Shown here: piece after piece, positions 37,249 through 49,485 of the stretch
How positions within the stretch are numbered: the first letter of the stretch is position 1
How the letters are laid out: every line of letters starts with the position of its first letter
From: Tubulanus polymorphus
Taxonomy: Eukaryota; Animalia; Nemertea
Direction: 5' to 3'
DNA length: 64,000 nucleotides
Assembly (NCBI RefSeq): GCF_964204645.1
Contig: NC_134034.1
Location: forward strand, 8,754,962 to 8,818,961
Notes under the pieces: model-generated
Database searches by the model: none
Told to the model about the DNA's origin: nothing
Seen by the model: only the letters and a program-made list of their open reading frames with translations
Translations under genes and position numbers: made by a program

Positions 37249-37499
37249 TTACAATAATTAAAAATATAAATTATTAAATGAAATATATAAAAATAAATAA
37301 ATTATATGTTTTCACTCAATAAAAATAAAAATAGATTATGTTATAACTATTTTTATACTTAGATTAATAAATTACATTTTTAATTTAAAAAAAACTAATT
37401 TATATATGTATGTACTAGACGTACAATTAAGAAAGTAAGAAAGTAAGAACTCTTGCATTCTTGGATTCTTACTCGTACGTCTCGTACATAAATATCATA

Positions 37500-38646
37500 A
37501 ATAGTTTTACAATAATTATTCTAATTTTGTTTCTAATAAATTTATAAAGTCATCTTTGTTTATATATAATTCACTGATATCTGTAGATATATTTATTAAT
37601 TTTAGTTGAACCATCAGATTATGATAATTAGTATGTACCTTACCTTCTTCTCTTAATTTTTCAAAGTATTCATCAAAATAGAAATCAAAATGATATCCAA
37701 AATTTTTTTTGTTAGATAACTTAAATCAATTTTTCTCGAATCCGATAATTTATATATTTGTTTAGGATTATTTTCTGCATAACATAATAATTTATCAAAT
37801 AACATCTTATAGAATATATAATATTGTTTAGTTTTAGGATCAAAATATTTGATATATTTCTTTGGGTTATTTTACAATGGTATCATACTCACATTTTTAT
37901 AAACATTAATTAGATGTAATTTTGATTTATAATGAGTAATTTCATCAACAGGTACAATTTTCTTATTACAATATTGACACGTTTTATTTCTTTCTATTTC
38001 TTCTAGTTTCTTTTCATGTTCTTCTAACTCCCTTTCTTTTTCTATATGCGCCTGAGATTTTTTATGCTTAGAAAAATTACTTTTAGAAATATCTAAATTA
38101 CAAACATTACAATGTTTTTTAGTATCATCAATTGTTTCATTATCATTAGTTTCGATTGTATCAACATTATCTGTTATATTATCTATGGTATCATTAGTTT
38201 CAATTGTATTAACATTATCTATGATATTATCATTCTTTTCTTTTTCTACATGTTTCTTTGATTTCTTATGTGATGCCCAATTTTTATTTGATATATATTT
38301 CTTACATACGTCACAATATTTTTCAATTGTCTTTTTGGTTTTGATATCAGGTTCAATCTTATCATTATTCGATGTAGAAGGTATAATATCTATATTTTCA
38401 TTATTATTAGATGTAGATTCAATATTATCTTCTCATTTAAGTTTCAATATTCTTATCTTCTATTTTAGATTCAATATTATCTTCTTTTTTAGGTTCAATA
38501 TTATCATCATCTATTTTACTTATTCTATATTTGAATTGATTAAAGTATTCTCCAAAATACTTACTATATTCCTCATAAGGTATTATATGATATATATCTG
38601 ATATCATTTCACTTGGACTTTGTATTTCATATATTCCTCCTTCCAT
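37500..38646 (-). pseudogene. Polinton-associated protein with repeated C2H2/U1-type fingers, disrupted
   Basis: Minus strand reads YCDVCKKYI..KNWASHKKSKKH, HCNVCNLDI...NFSKHKKSQAH and CQYCNK....ITHYKSKLH. Confidence 0.65.
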
Positions 38647-38678
38647 TTATTATAGAATTTTTTATCAAAACTAAACTT

Positions 38679-38910
38679 TTAATACACAACACTATTCAAT
38701 TGAGAATTTATGATATTTAATTGCGCGTCAGATATCATATAAATGTGCATTTTGAAATTTAAGCTCCCTTTTTTCTTTTTCATGAATAATTGTATTCCAT
38801 CTTTAGTGTTCTGTAGTTTTTTACCAGAACCATATAACAAGTTATCTTCAGTTGTTCTAAAATCTAACCATAATGCATATTTATTACCAGTATAATAATC
38901 AATTTGATTA
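38679..38910 (-). pseudogene. C-terminal fragment of Polinton/adintovirus major capsid protein
   Basis: KYALWLDFRTTEDN.L.GSG..LQNTKDGIQL...MHIYMISDAQLNI resembles the conserved capsid C-terminus. Upstream part replaced by unrelated sequence. Confidence 0.7.
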
Positions 38911-41900
38911 ATCAAGTTTCTTGCCCTAACTACTGGCAGGGGCAAGAAAGACCCGTCAAAAATTGATATGGGCTTCAAACCCGTAGCAAATTATCATCTT
39001 GACCTACGGGTAAGTATTTTGCACTGGTCAGAGTAGATGATTTTACATTTCCTTGCCAAATATTGAATAGCCCGGCACTGGCCGGCAAGACGGCGGGAAA
39101 CCATATCTTTGGCGAGAAACCCACCATTCTGGAGGTCATAGGACTCCGCAGAATCAAACTTTCTCAGATTGCCCAAGGCCAATTGGCAGGGGTGACTAGG
39201 AAACCATAGAGGAATAGCATGTCCTGTTAGCCATATAAAGGAGTTAGGAACCAAATGGCCTGGGCAGACATCTGTGTTTTCTTGCCATTAAAGGCCAGAC
39301 GGCGGAATGGCAACTACAACTTATCCATGTAGACCTGCCAGTATGAGCAGACCTCCTGCCGTTAGTGGCAGGAAGGACTGTAGGCAAATGGCATGTCCAA
39401 AGACAGCATGGGCGGGAGGACCACCCATAGAAAATGACTCATGAGAACCTCCTGGAGCAAAGAAATTTAGGATACCTTCACTGGGAACCTAAGGCCAATG
39501 GTATAGGCTACCTATCATTCTGGCGAGAGTATGAAATTAAGTAACTAGTCTGAATACCAGTCATTCTTACAGTGATTTCCCCTAAAGAGTTGGGAACAAC
39601 GGCTAGATACTAGACTAACCATTCACTAATGAGAGTAAGGCATTGAAATAGGATACCGTCACTGGGAACCTAGCGCCAGGGGCATTCTTTTCAGTAATAT
39701 CGCTCACAGTTTCCTAACTAGGATGTTATACTATCATAAAATACTAGTATAGAATGGCATGCACGTAACACTTCATACATAACCAAAACACTGTCTACAT
39801 AACCAAAACAAATGTCTTACCTTGGATGGGAAATTTCCCATCTAGATACCATAATGGCGCTCTGATTTGTGCGTGCTCGTTCGATGCAACAGCACAGAGA
39901 GCTAACTAGCAGGACTAAACTAGCAGGACTGGATCTCTTCCCGGACACTACTGTCGCCCGTACTGATAGTTCAGTCTTAAGACAAGTTGCGGGTAATACC
40001 CATATCCAAACGGCTAGAGATGAAGAAGGTCATCGTGCGATGATTCTGCTTGGACTCCACTGACTCCTCGAATGGCAGCTCATCCTGGCCTTGAAATGTC
40101 CCCGTATGATGACTCTTGGGGATGATAAATTTTGGTTTTAGAATTGTCACCAAGGGCGGACCCTGATGATGGACTATTAGGGATGAGATCAGTCTCAGGA
40201 GACTCATATGCGGAGTCTCCTACTCACATGGAATGTGTGGACAGAGGGCAAGGACCCCTTTTAACGACAATGCATGTAGTAATATAGTAATGTACTTTAT
40301 AACACCCTTTTCACTGATCACAGTGTTCCAACAACGGCGTTTTCCATTTATTTGGATAGATCCCCGAGCATATAACTCATGTATCCATGTATCGGTCAAC
40401 ATTCCTTCGTAAAGTGTGGGTGGACGTAACAAATATGTCCATATAGGCCGGCCGGACGCATCTAAGTGCTCACATTATTACATAGGCCCGTATAAGTTCG
40501 ACAGAAGATTTACAGGGAATCCCAGTCCCTAACATGAAACCCTGAGTGAATAGGCCTAAAAGAAATTGGAAAGGGTTTTGGAGGTCATACTATGGGCAGT
40601 CTTGTTTAGTTAGTGGACAGGTTAAAGAAGAGTTTAGGAAGTAGGAACAGTGGGTGTTGAATGTCGATTCAGCTCCGGCTTTACGTACTTGGACCGGTGA
40701 TAATCTTTATCTGGTCAAGGGGACGATGCGCCACCGAAGATCCATATTTTAGAAATTCGGACAGATCGACCAAGGAGAAGCTTTTGTTTTGACAGTTTTC
40801 TTGCTTTTAATTGATTCAGGAGTTGGAAACTCGCAGCAACAGAGGTTTTCCATTGCCTATGCAACGAGGAATGGATGCGGCTTTCTTCCATGACTGTTGG
40901 TTACACCCTTCGGCCCAGATGATGAACCTAACATAAGTTCCCATTGATTCTAGAAACAGATGTCGCAATCACACCAATCATAATCTTTATTGACTCTGAT
41001 TTCGATTGTCTCACCTAGGTCGGGGACATTATAAGGTGTCGAGGCAGTGCTTGACCCCAGCGGTGCAGTTACTAGTGTACACTAGGCGTGCGGGAATGTA
41101 TACCCTCAGCACTGGAGTTGAAGTCCGGTTACACCGTCAAACTGTGGAATCGTCTGACAAAGGTGAGTTCACGCGAACTTCGGATATCAAAACGACTCGG
41201 TTTGAGCCCTGTGGGTCGGGAGTATTCTTTTATAATATACTCCTACACCAAGACGGGTCAATATGTCGGAGGTTAATGAGGATCCCTGTAGACCAAATAG
41301 TTAGGGAACAGTTTTTTCCGACATGAATCTCGGGCTCAGTTGAAACTGGTCACACAAGTATTTTCATCCCACATTTCAGGGACGGTCTGCTCCATCGACA
41401 GATGACTTGCAGATTTTGATAGGGCAAGGAATTACACAGAGCGTTATTAGAATCGCAGTCTGTAGGCCTATGAGCTTCAATTGTTAGGTCTATCCTAAAG
41501 TAATTCGGTCTGGGCGAACTGGACAAGCAATGTGGTTTGTGATAAAAGTAATTATATTAATAGTGATAAGTGTTTTACATAGCACTAAATCCAGTTTTTA
41601 AAACTCTACAGAGCGTTTCACATATTGTAGCATCATGCTTTTCAATGACAGGGAAGTTAGAAGCCACTTCTTTTGAATGTTTTTTTTTCTTCTGGTAACA
41701 TTGGTTATCTATTCCGTTCACTAGGTTTTGGCGTTGCAGTTACGTCAAATCTCACAATTTCCCGAATTTCCTAAAACTTCGATTTCAAATTTGCAATCCG
41801 ACATTAGCTTATCCCAAAAATTCTACATTTTTTGCAGGCGTCAAATAATCTATTAAAATTTAATTTTCTTGTATTGGAACTGCCGTCATAGCTTTAAGAA

Positions 41901-44341
41901 CAACTAGTAAATATTCTCGACCACATCCTTCTTGTAGATAGGGTTGGATGATTTTGTGTACCTTCAATTTCCATAGAAACAATTACCTTCATACTAATAC
42001 TAATCTATTCGGTCCGGTATTTTCATGAATCAGGACCGTGAAATTTCTGCCACATGGTTTTCTCATGCAGTTACCGCCTGCAAAGAAAAGGGCAGTACCT
42101 TTTCAGTTGTCAGGGGCATTCACTCGATTATATTTGTATGCTAACACATCCCTTGCAACCAGATTCGATCTTTTTCTCGTATAGGATATGCGAAACGACA
42201 TGCACTCCTCTGTAGATAATGTGAAAGTTCTTTCTCTCTCGTTATTATTTCTTCCAGCACTGTCATAACCGGCAACATCACCATTAACTTTGCTGACCCC
42301 TCGCTGGTATTAGCTTCACTCTCAATTTTCTCGTGACTGCCAACGTCGCCAATATTACAAAACCTTAACTGCTGACACCATCACCATCGGTTTTGCTAAT
42401 ATCCTCCCCATATATGGTGGTTACAACATTTTGGGATACTTCCAACTGTCAATATGGTGACGGTTTGCTTATTGAAAACCACGATTTTTGAAATTGCTAT
42501 TATTGGTTAGGAAACGGGATTGTTTTAACTGTCGTATTTGAAGAAAGCTAAAGCCGAACAAAATGGAGAATTCGAAGTATAGACGAGACATGTATGTTGA
42601 AGTTCATTATGTACAATCTATTTCTAACCGCCCAAAGGAATAGGGCAAAGGTTGATAAACAAGCACTGTTTTTACTCCATAAGACACCAATCAAAATTCA
42701 ACTTACAGAGTGCGATGTAAAGAGAAAGGTGTGTACTTAATAAGGTCTACCCCAGTGAAAGTCATTCTAACTAAAACTTGCGTATTGTCAAGCGGTAGTG
42801 GTGTATAACGCAGTAATATTGATTGAGCCATAATTTGCTGGAGTTATCTGCTCGAATTGGATTTTATTACATCGGAACCGTGAGGTAAACAAACCGAAGC
42901 GACCTATCCCGTTTTCGCAGATGTGTGGTGTAAGTATACCGGATAATTGCATGATGTGGTTTCAAATTCTAAATTTTCGAGGGGTATGAACAAAGAAAAT
43001 AAGCGACAACTGCATATCATATTCGAGCAGCTGATTATCCTCTCACAGATAGACGCGTGCGTGAACTGTACAAATATCCTAAACCACCGAGAATTTTATG
43101 AAAACGATTGCGCTGCATTTAGTAGTTACGTATTATGAAACAGGTAAGAAGCGCTGCATGTTAATATATAAAAAATCTATGAGTAAATGTTCATCTCAAT
43201 CTTATACAAATTGACTGACGAAGAGATAGCAAATGTTATGCCAGTCTTAACCAATATCATTGATAGTGCTCCAACATCTACACATTTTCATTCGATAAAT
43301 ATAGTGATCCATATGTAACATCTCTTTTCAGATTGAAGATTGGCGCAACACAAAATCACCTTAACATTAAAAATGAATGGTACGTTTATTCAAACTCTGT
43401 GAATCCATTATTCGTCTAATGCTTTGGTCGACTCACTACAGGTCGAAACCAGTAACCCGCCTTAGCCAATATACTCAGAAAAATGTCTGTACCCGCTGTT
43501 CTTCGTATCATAGAACTATGTAGCCCTACGGTCCCATTCTATGCATTAGATCGGCGTAGTCCCGGGCAAATATATTTTTTTAAGAATTTTATCTGCTCTC
43601 GCCTAGTAAACTCGATTCACAGCCCGACTTAATGTGTCAATTATTTTCATTTATATAAAAACATTTCAGATTATTGGTTTAAATGTGCCATGCTAGTATA
43701 CACCCTATTAGCCACCACATATGCCGAAGTTTATGCAGATGAAGGAGTGGATGATCATAAGTTACATCATCAGGCAAAACGAAGCTGCAAATTTGGTGAT
43801 GTGATTGAGTGTTCCTAAAATTTATTATTCTGAAATAGAATATTCTGTGGCCTTAGTTTTCATTTTCAATATACAATGTGAATAGGCTTATACAGACACC
43901 GATATTTGTTTGTCACTGTGGCTAAGGAACATTTCAAACGTGACCTAGCACATCCGTCAAAAGGTTTTATAGTGTTCAAATTGTTACAGACGCTCTGAAA
44001 AGAGATTCAGATAAATACCAGTCGACTAGCGAACTGGTTCCCGGTACCCGGTTTGAATGGGACGTTTAAATTTATAAAACATCTCTATTGAGCAAACGAC
44101 AGGTCTGTTGTATATTTTCGGACGTTTTCAATACCAGGGGATTCGTTTATATTGAAACTTAAGTATTGAATCGATTAAAGAACCTTCATTACCGGTAAAG
44201 GTAAGTCGAATATGCCCTTGTTCCCGGTTCGAAACTGATATTCTGAATCGGTAGCTGAATCGGGAACCAATTCCTGGATCGAAACAGATATTCAGAATAA
44301 GTAGTAGAACCGGGAAGCAGGAACCAGTAGCCAGCTCCACT

Positions 44342-47300
44342 CTGCCCTAGCATGATAAAAGGCAGTAACTCAATTTTTGGGGAAATTTATTTTTTCAACT
44401 TTTCTGAAGTAAAAGAATGTGCGCAATCACCTGGTCAAGTCCGTTTTTTTATATATAGTTCGGTTTGTGAGATATAGAGGGCGCTATTTGAAAAAAAACC
44501 CTGTAAAGCGAGATAAAAAGCAGCATCTCTGGACAAGTATACATCAATCTCGGAACAAACAACAGTAACTCAAAGATACTGCCTTTCAACATAGTGTAGT
44601 TACGAGTTGCTGCTGTTCATAATAATCAATAACAGAGATACTGTTATTTAAGTCACCAGCCTATAAAGTTACTGCTTTTTAAAATATCGCGCCGCGAAGT
44701 TACTTTCTTTTAAAATACCTGCAATCAAAGTTACTGCTTTTCTACATACCAGGAACCTCGAGTCACTTCTTTTTCATACTACTCTAATTTTCTGCATGTG
44801 CTGCCATCTATTGAGTGATAGTAATACCACGCTTGACACTTTTCTTAAATGATCTTAAAATCAAACTTGTTCGCTACTGAGTTAGGAATATATTCAATGA
44901 AAATCAAGTTGCACAATTCAAATGATTAGTTAATGTCAATTTATGAGATAACTTTCAGTCATGTTGGACGTTGAAGCTGGTATAGATATTCACCAAATAT
45001 ATAGGTTTCAGTAAGTCATATATTTAACTTTTTTAATGATGAAGATTATAATTGGTAATTACCATTTTTTGACGATCACTGTGACGTACTGCAATATGTC
45101 GTCCCGTGGAATGAAAATGCTACAATTGGCGCTAGGGAAAAGGTCTCCTGGTAAGTGTCATTCATTGTTTTGTAATCTGAAGTTGAGGGGTGTATATATT
45201 CATAGATACTGTCTAAATGTCGACTAGGTTTCATTTTATGGATCGATGAGCTTTAAAAAGATAAAGTTGGTTATTCTTTTATTGAAAAAAAACGAATGTC
45301 CAAAGTGAAGAAAGTACCTCCTTAGTAATAATTTCTGTACACTCATTATTCTCGGCGGTGTAAATTAAAACGATTACTCGCGAATAGATAAGATTGCTTA
45401 AAAAAGCCACCTTCGTTGAAACATCTGATATTTTAAATATTTTCGATTTCTTTTTGCCACTACTAAAACACGATGGGTTCTGAGAAAATAACTGCTGATG
45501 TTTAAAATATATTAACATTTTGTTTTTAGAGCGAAAACGGAGACGCTTAACGCCGACAATTCTAACGCTGCCGCCCATACCTGGACCTGTAGTCACCCAC
45601 GTTGATTTTGATGGAGATGTTCCTGTGGGTGAAGGGCTATTAGAATTAAGCACATTAAACACAACGATAGACATGAATTTTGTCAATCAGCTAAACGACG
45701 ATGACGTCAGTGATCCAAATATTGATTCAGAATTAGGTGACATAGCCCCCAATAGTTTTGAGAACCATATAGATGAAAATGTCACTGCTGATGGATATCA
45801 AATTGTGATGCGTGAACCAGCCGAAAATCATGCAGCTGATGAAATCATCACTGCTAGCGGACAGCATACTAAGATGGTTAATCTAACCGCTGAAAACAAC
45901 GTCGAACATCAAGATGAAGATAAAGAAAATCAACCAGAAAAATCGAAAAAAAGTATAAGTACAAAAAAGAAATGCGGACCCATGAAGGCAGAAGAAAGCG
46001 AGATTCTGCGAAGCATATATTAAAAGCTGGTTGCAACGTACAATGTAGAAGGATGTGCTGTGAAGTCATATCGGAGCAAAGACGTGAGGCAATCTGGGAG
46101 GAATATTGGTCTTTGGATAGTTATAATGACCGAAGGAAATTTATTTACAATTACGTTGGTCGCACAACAGTAGTTCGGAAAACAAACGGTGGTGATTCTA
46201 GGCGGAATTTCAGTTTCAGATATTCATTTCTCGCACAAGATGGGAATGAAGTCCCCGTTTGTAAAACATTTTTTCTGACAACGTTAGGCTATCACCCAAA
46301 AAATGATTCGATTGTTTTCAACATTATGAAGAATACACCTGTCACAAATATGTCACCTGCAAATGATAGACGTGGAACAACTCATAACATGAAAACTATC
46401 GACAAGAATATTATTAAAGACCATATTGAGGCATTCAATCCGTGTGTAAGCCACTATCGGCGGGAGCATGCGCCCAATCGGCGGTATCTACCGTCAGACA
46501 TTACAATAAAAACAATGCACCACGATTTCCTAGAAAAGCATCCTAATGGTTGTAGCTATACCACGTACCGACACCAAGTTTCAGAGATGGGTATTAGTTT
46601 TGCTAAGCTAGGAGAAGAGCAGTGCGAGCAGTGCCTCAAGCATGAAATCCACACTAAAGAGGACCACAACCTAGCAGAATGTTCAATTTGCAAAAATCAG
46701 GAAGCCCATGCAACCAGAGCAGAAACAGGAAGACGGCATTACAAACAAGACGCTGAATCTGGCCAGTTAAACGACACTATTATCCGTGCAGTAGATCTGC
46801 AAAAGGTGATCATGTTGCCCCGGATGCCAGGAATAAAGAGCGTACTCTTCACTAAAAGATTGGTATGTTATCATGAAACGTTTGCGACAGTTGGCAAAAA
46901 GAGTAACACATGTAACAAACGGCCCAATATTTCCATCATCTGGCATGAAGGAGTTGCTGGACGTGCAGCAGAAGAGGTTTCCTCTGCATTTTACAATGCC
47001 ATTTTGCAGGACAGCACGTACGAACACATCGTATTCTGGCTTGATAATTGTTCAAGCCAGAATAAGTGCTATTGCCTGTTTACAACAATGATAACATTAG
47101 TGAACTCAGAGCTCATCAAAGCAAAAGACATCACATTCAAATATTTCGAACCAGGCCACACTTTCATGGCTGCTGATAGTATACACGCTGGAGTAGAAGC
47201 CCAATATAAGAAGGTTCCAGGTGGAAACGTATTTAATTTTGATGATTTCCGTCATGTAATTTCTGATTCAAATGGTAGAACAATTGATGTGATTGAAATA

Positions 47301-48378
47301 ACAAATGACGACTTTCATGCCTGGACTGGGAACCAGTCGCTGGCAAAACTGGGTAAAGCTGGCCGCCCACTTCTTAAGGAAATAGTATCGTTGAAATTTT
47401 GCAGAGGTTCAGTCGAAATCCTCTTCAAAAGTAGCCATGATGAAAAAAGTTGGAAAACGTTTTCCTATCTGAAAAAGAATGTGTCCTTGGCAAATCTGCG
47501 AGTTCCAAATTTGATACGCAAACAACAACGTGGCTTGTTAACAGAGAAAAAGGCTGACATTGTGCGAAAATTGTGCCCCCTGATGCCAGAATCGAAACGT
47601 GCATTCTGGGAGAATATGCCTAACAGTGACAATGTTATCGATCTTATTAATGCTGAATAGATGGAGCTGAAAGAGCTTGATTAACTGTGGCTGAATATTT
47701 TCTTTAAATATACGGACAGTTGATTAATGAATTCGTTTATTCCTTTTCACTATATTGAAGATTGAGATTTTTGTTATTTGTTATAGTTCGAGTTCGGTTA
47801 AATTTTTCTGAATAAAAAGTTATCTTTTAAGTTTCAAGTAAAATTGTGAAACTTCTGTTTTCTGTAGTATTGAATGTTTATCATCAGTTTGTCCGCTATG
47901 CAAGCCTATTTTAAGATACGAGCCCACAGTGTTCTCGGTCCCGTTTGAATATCGGGATCCAAACACCACCTGTGTGGACTGAGGTTACTTCTCTTTAACT
48001 GAACACAAAGATGTTACTGCTTTTTATTATATTTCTCTTGAAGTTACTGGCATTTAACATTTTACAAATTGGAGTTGCTGCTTTTTATGCGGACACGTTT
48101 TTGGAATACTTCTTTTCTTATTATCAGGGACACGTAAAATATGACTCAATTTTCTGTCAAAAAGCAGTAACTGACAAAATATCAAATAATTCTGAGAAAA
48201 AATGAATTTTTTGCCATGAAAATATGCGTAACCGTGTTTTGGAATGAATTGATTGTAATGGTATGAGATTTGAAGAATTTATACTAACTGGATCGATGGG
48301 GGAATGCCGTGAATCTTAAATCGCGTTTTTCTCAAAACTTTAAAAATTAAGTTACTGCCTTTTATCATGCTAGGGCAG
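44342..48378 (+). mobile_element. Full-length Sola1 DNA transposon
   Basis: 29-bp perfect TIR CTGCCCTAGCATGATAAAAGGCAGTAACT. 4-bp TSD CACT (44338-44341, 48379-48382). Subterminal AGTTACTGC-type motifs. Confidence 0.92.
45096..47660 (+). CDS. Sola1 DDD transposase (exon 1 45096-45150; exon 2 45530-47660 with one frameshift near 45950-45970)
   Basis: VCKTFFL.TLG, SHYRR.HAP, DLQKV, W.EG.AGR, DNCSSQNK and GHTFM.ADS.H motifs. Phase-1 GT-AG intron. Confidence 0.88.
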
Positions 48379-48534
48379 CACTGGGGTATATATAAGAGGT
48401 ATCAAAAATATATTTTAACAAAATGTTAAAACACGGGAAGTTAGAAGATGAATGAAAAGAAGTAGTTTCTGTTTTTGTACAAGAATACAGTATGGAAAAA
48501 AGAGGAGTTGAAGAATACGTATCTCTCCCGATGG

Positions 48535-49485
48535 TTATTTGTCTAAATTTCTACACCACAATTTCGTACAGAAATATTCGCGAATTTCTCGTCCCAGCAA
48601 AAGATATATGTAGAAATTTACCACAAAGTTACACATTTGAAACTGCGCAAATATGTCATACAGAACATTCTTTTGTTCCGTTGAGACTGGTAAAAATGTA
48701 GTAATAGTAGTTGGAAGTGTAAATATTGCAAATGCGAGTGAAACTGTTACAAGCATTATTGTTGTACGCTTTGATTTTGTAGTTTTCTGATCAGACGAAA
48801 CCATTTTTGAACCTTTGAATAAATGAACTATTATAACGAAATTCGATATAATGATCAAAATCAACGGTAAAACATAAACATGGACAATAACTGTGATGAA
48901 CGAGTTTGTTTGATCAATTAATGTATGGTAACACCCGAAAAACTGGTCGGAAAAATGTATCGACGTTGTAGGTAGAAGAAATAAAATCAGTAAATTTACC
49001 GCAGTAATTATCAACATCACTAATCGAGCGAATCCCGGTGTACATATTAAACGAGATGTGAACGGGAGGAGAACAACTGCCACACGTTCTAAAGTTATAG
49101 CAATTATTAACCAAGAACTATTGCTAACTGCAAGTACCATTACGAATTCATATATTTGACAACGCATCGGTGTATTAATCATAAATATTGGTCCATCTTT
49201 AATGCGCAAAAGAACAAACTGTAAAACGGGCATCAGTGTAAAATTTATGTGGTATACAGAATCACAGACTGACAAAGCGATCAGATAGTTAGCGTAAGAT
49301 AAACTGCGGAATCTGCGACTTATCATAATCAAGAAAGTAGCTGAATTCCCGAAGGCTCCAAGCAGGAACAATACAGACAGAATGACTATTGACAACTTAC
49401 GGTAGCTTCCAGATCTGTTTGCGACGGACATGAGCACAATGTAACTGTTGTAAGTTCGAGCAATTTGCACCTGAGTAGAATTCAT
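48535..49485 (-). CDS. Intronless rhodopsin-family GPCR (FMRFamide/peptide-receptor-like or chemoreceptor-like), 316 aa
   Basis: Seven hydrophobic segments, GN in TM1, LSVCD in TM2, ITLERVAVV..P (DRY variant), F....LP in TM6, NF.VNFYIY in TM7. Confidence 0.92.
   Translation of the reverse strand: MNSTQVQIARTYNSYIVLMSVANRSGSYRKLSIVILSVLFLLGAFGNSATFLIMISRRFRSLSYANYLIALSVCDSVYHINFTLMPVLQFVLLRIKDGPIFMINTPMRCQIYEFVMVLAVSNSSWLIIAITLERVAVVLLPFTSRLICTPGFARLVMLIITAVNLLILFLLPTTSIHFSDQFFGCYHTLIDQTNSFITVIVHVYVLPLILIIISNFVIIVHLFKGSKMVSSDQKTTKSKRTTIMLVTVSLAFAIFTLPTTITTFLPVSTEQKNVLYDIFAQFQMCNFVVNFYIYLLLGREIREYFCTKLWCRNLDK

Noticed and set aside
44025-44337. Imperfect inverted repeat (ACTGGTTCC...GGAACCAGT) next to Sola1
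   Set aside because: Possible old MITE, but the arms are short and mismatched and no TSD could be identified.
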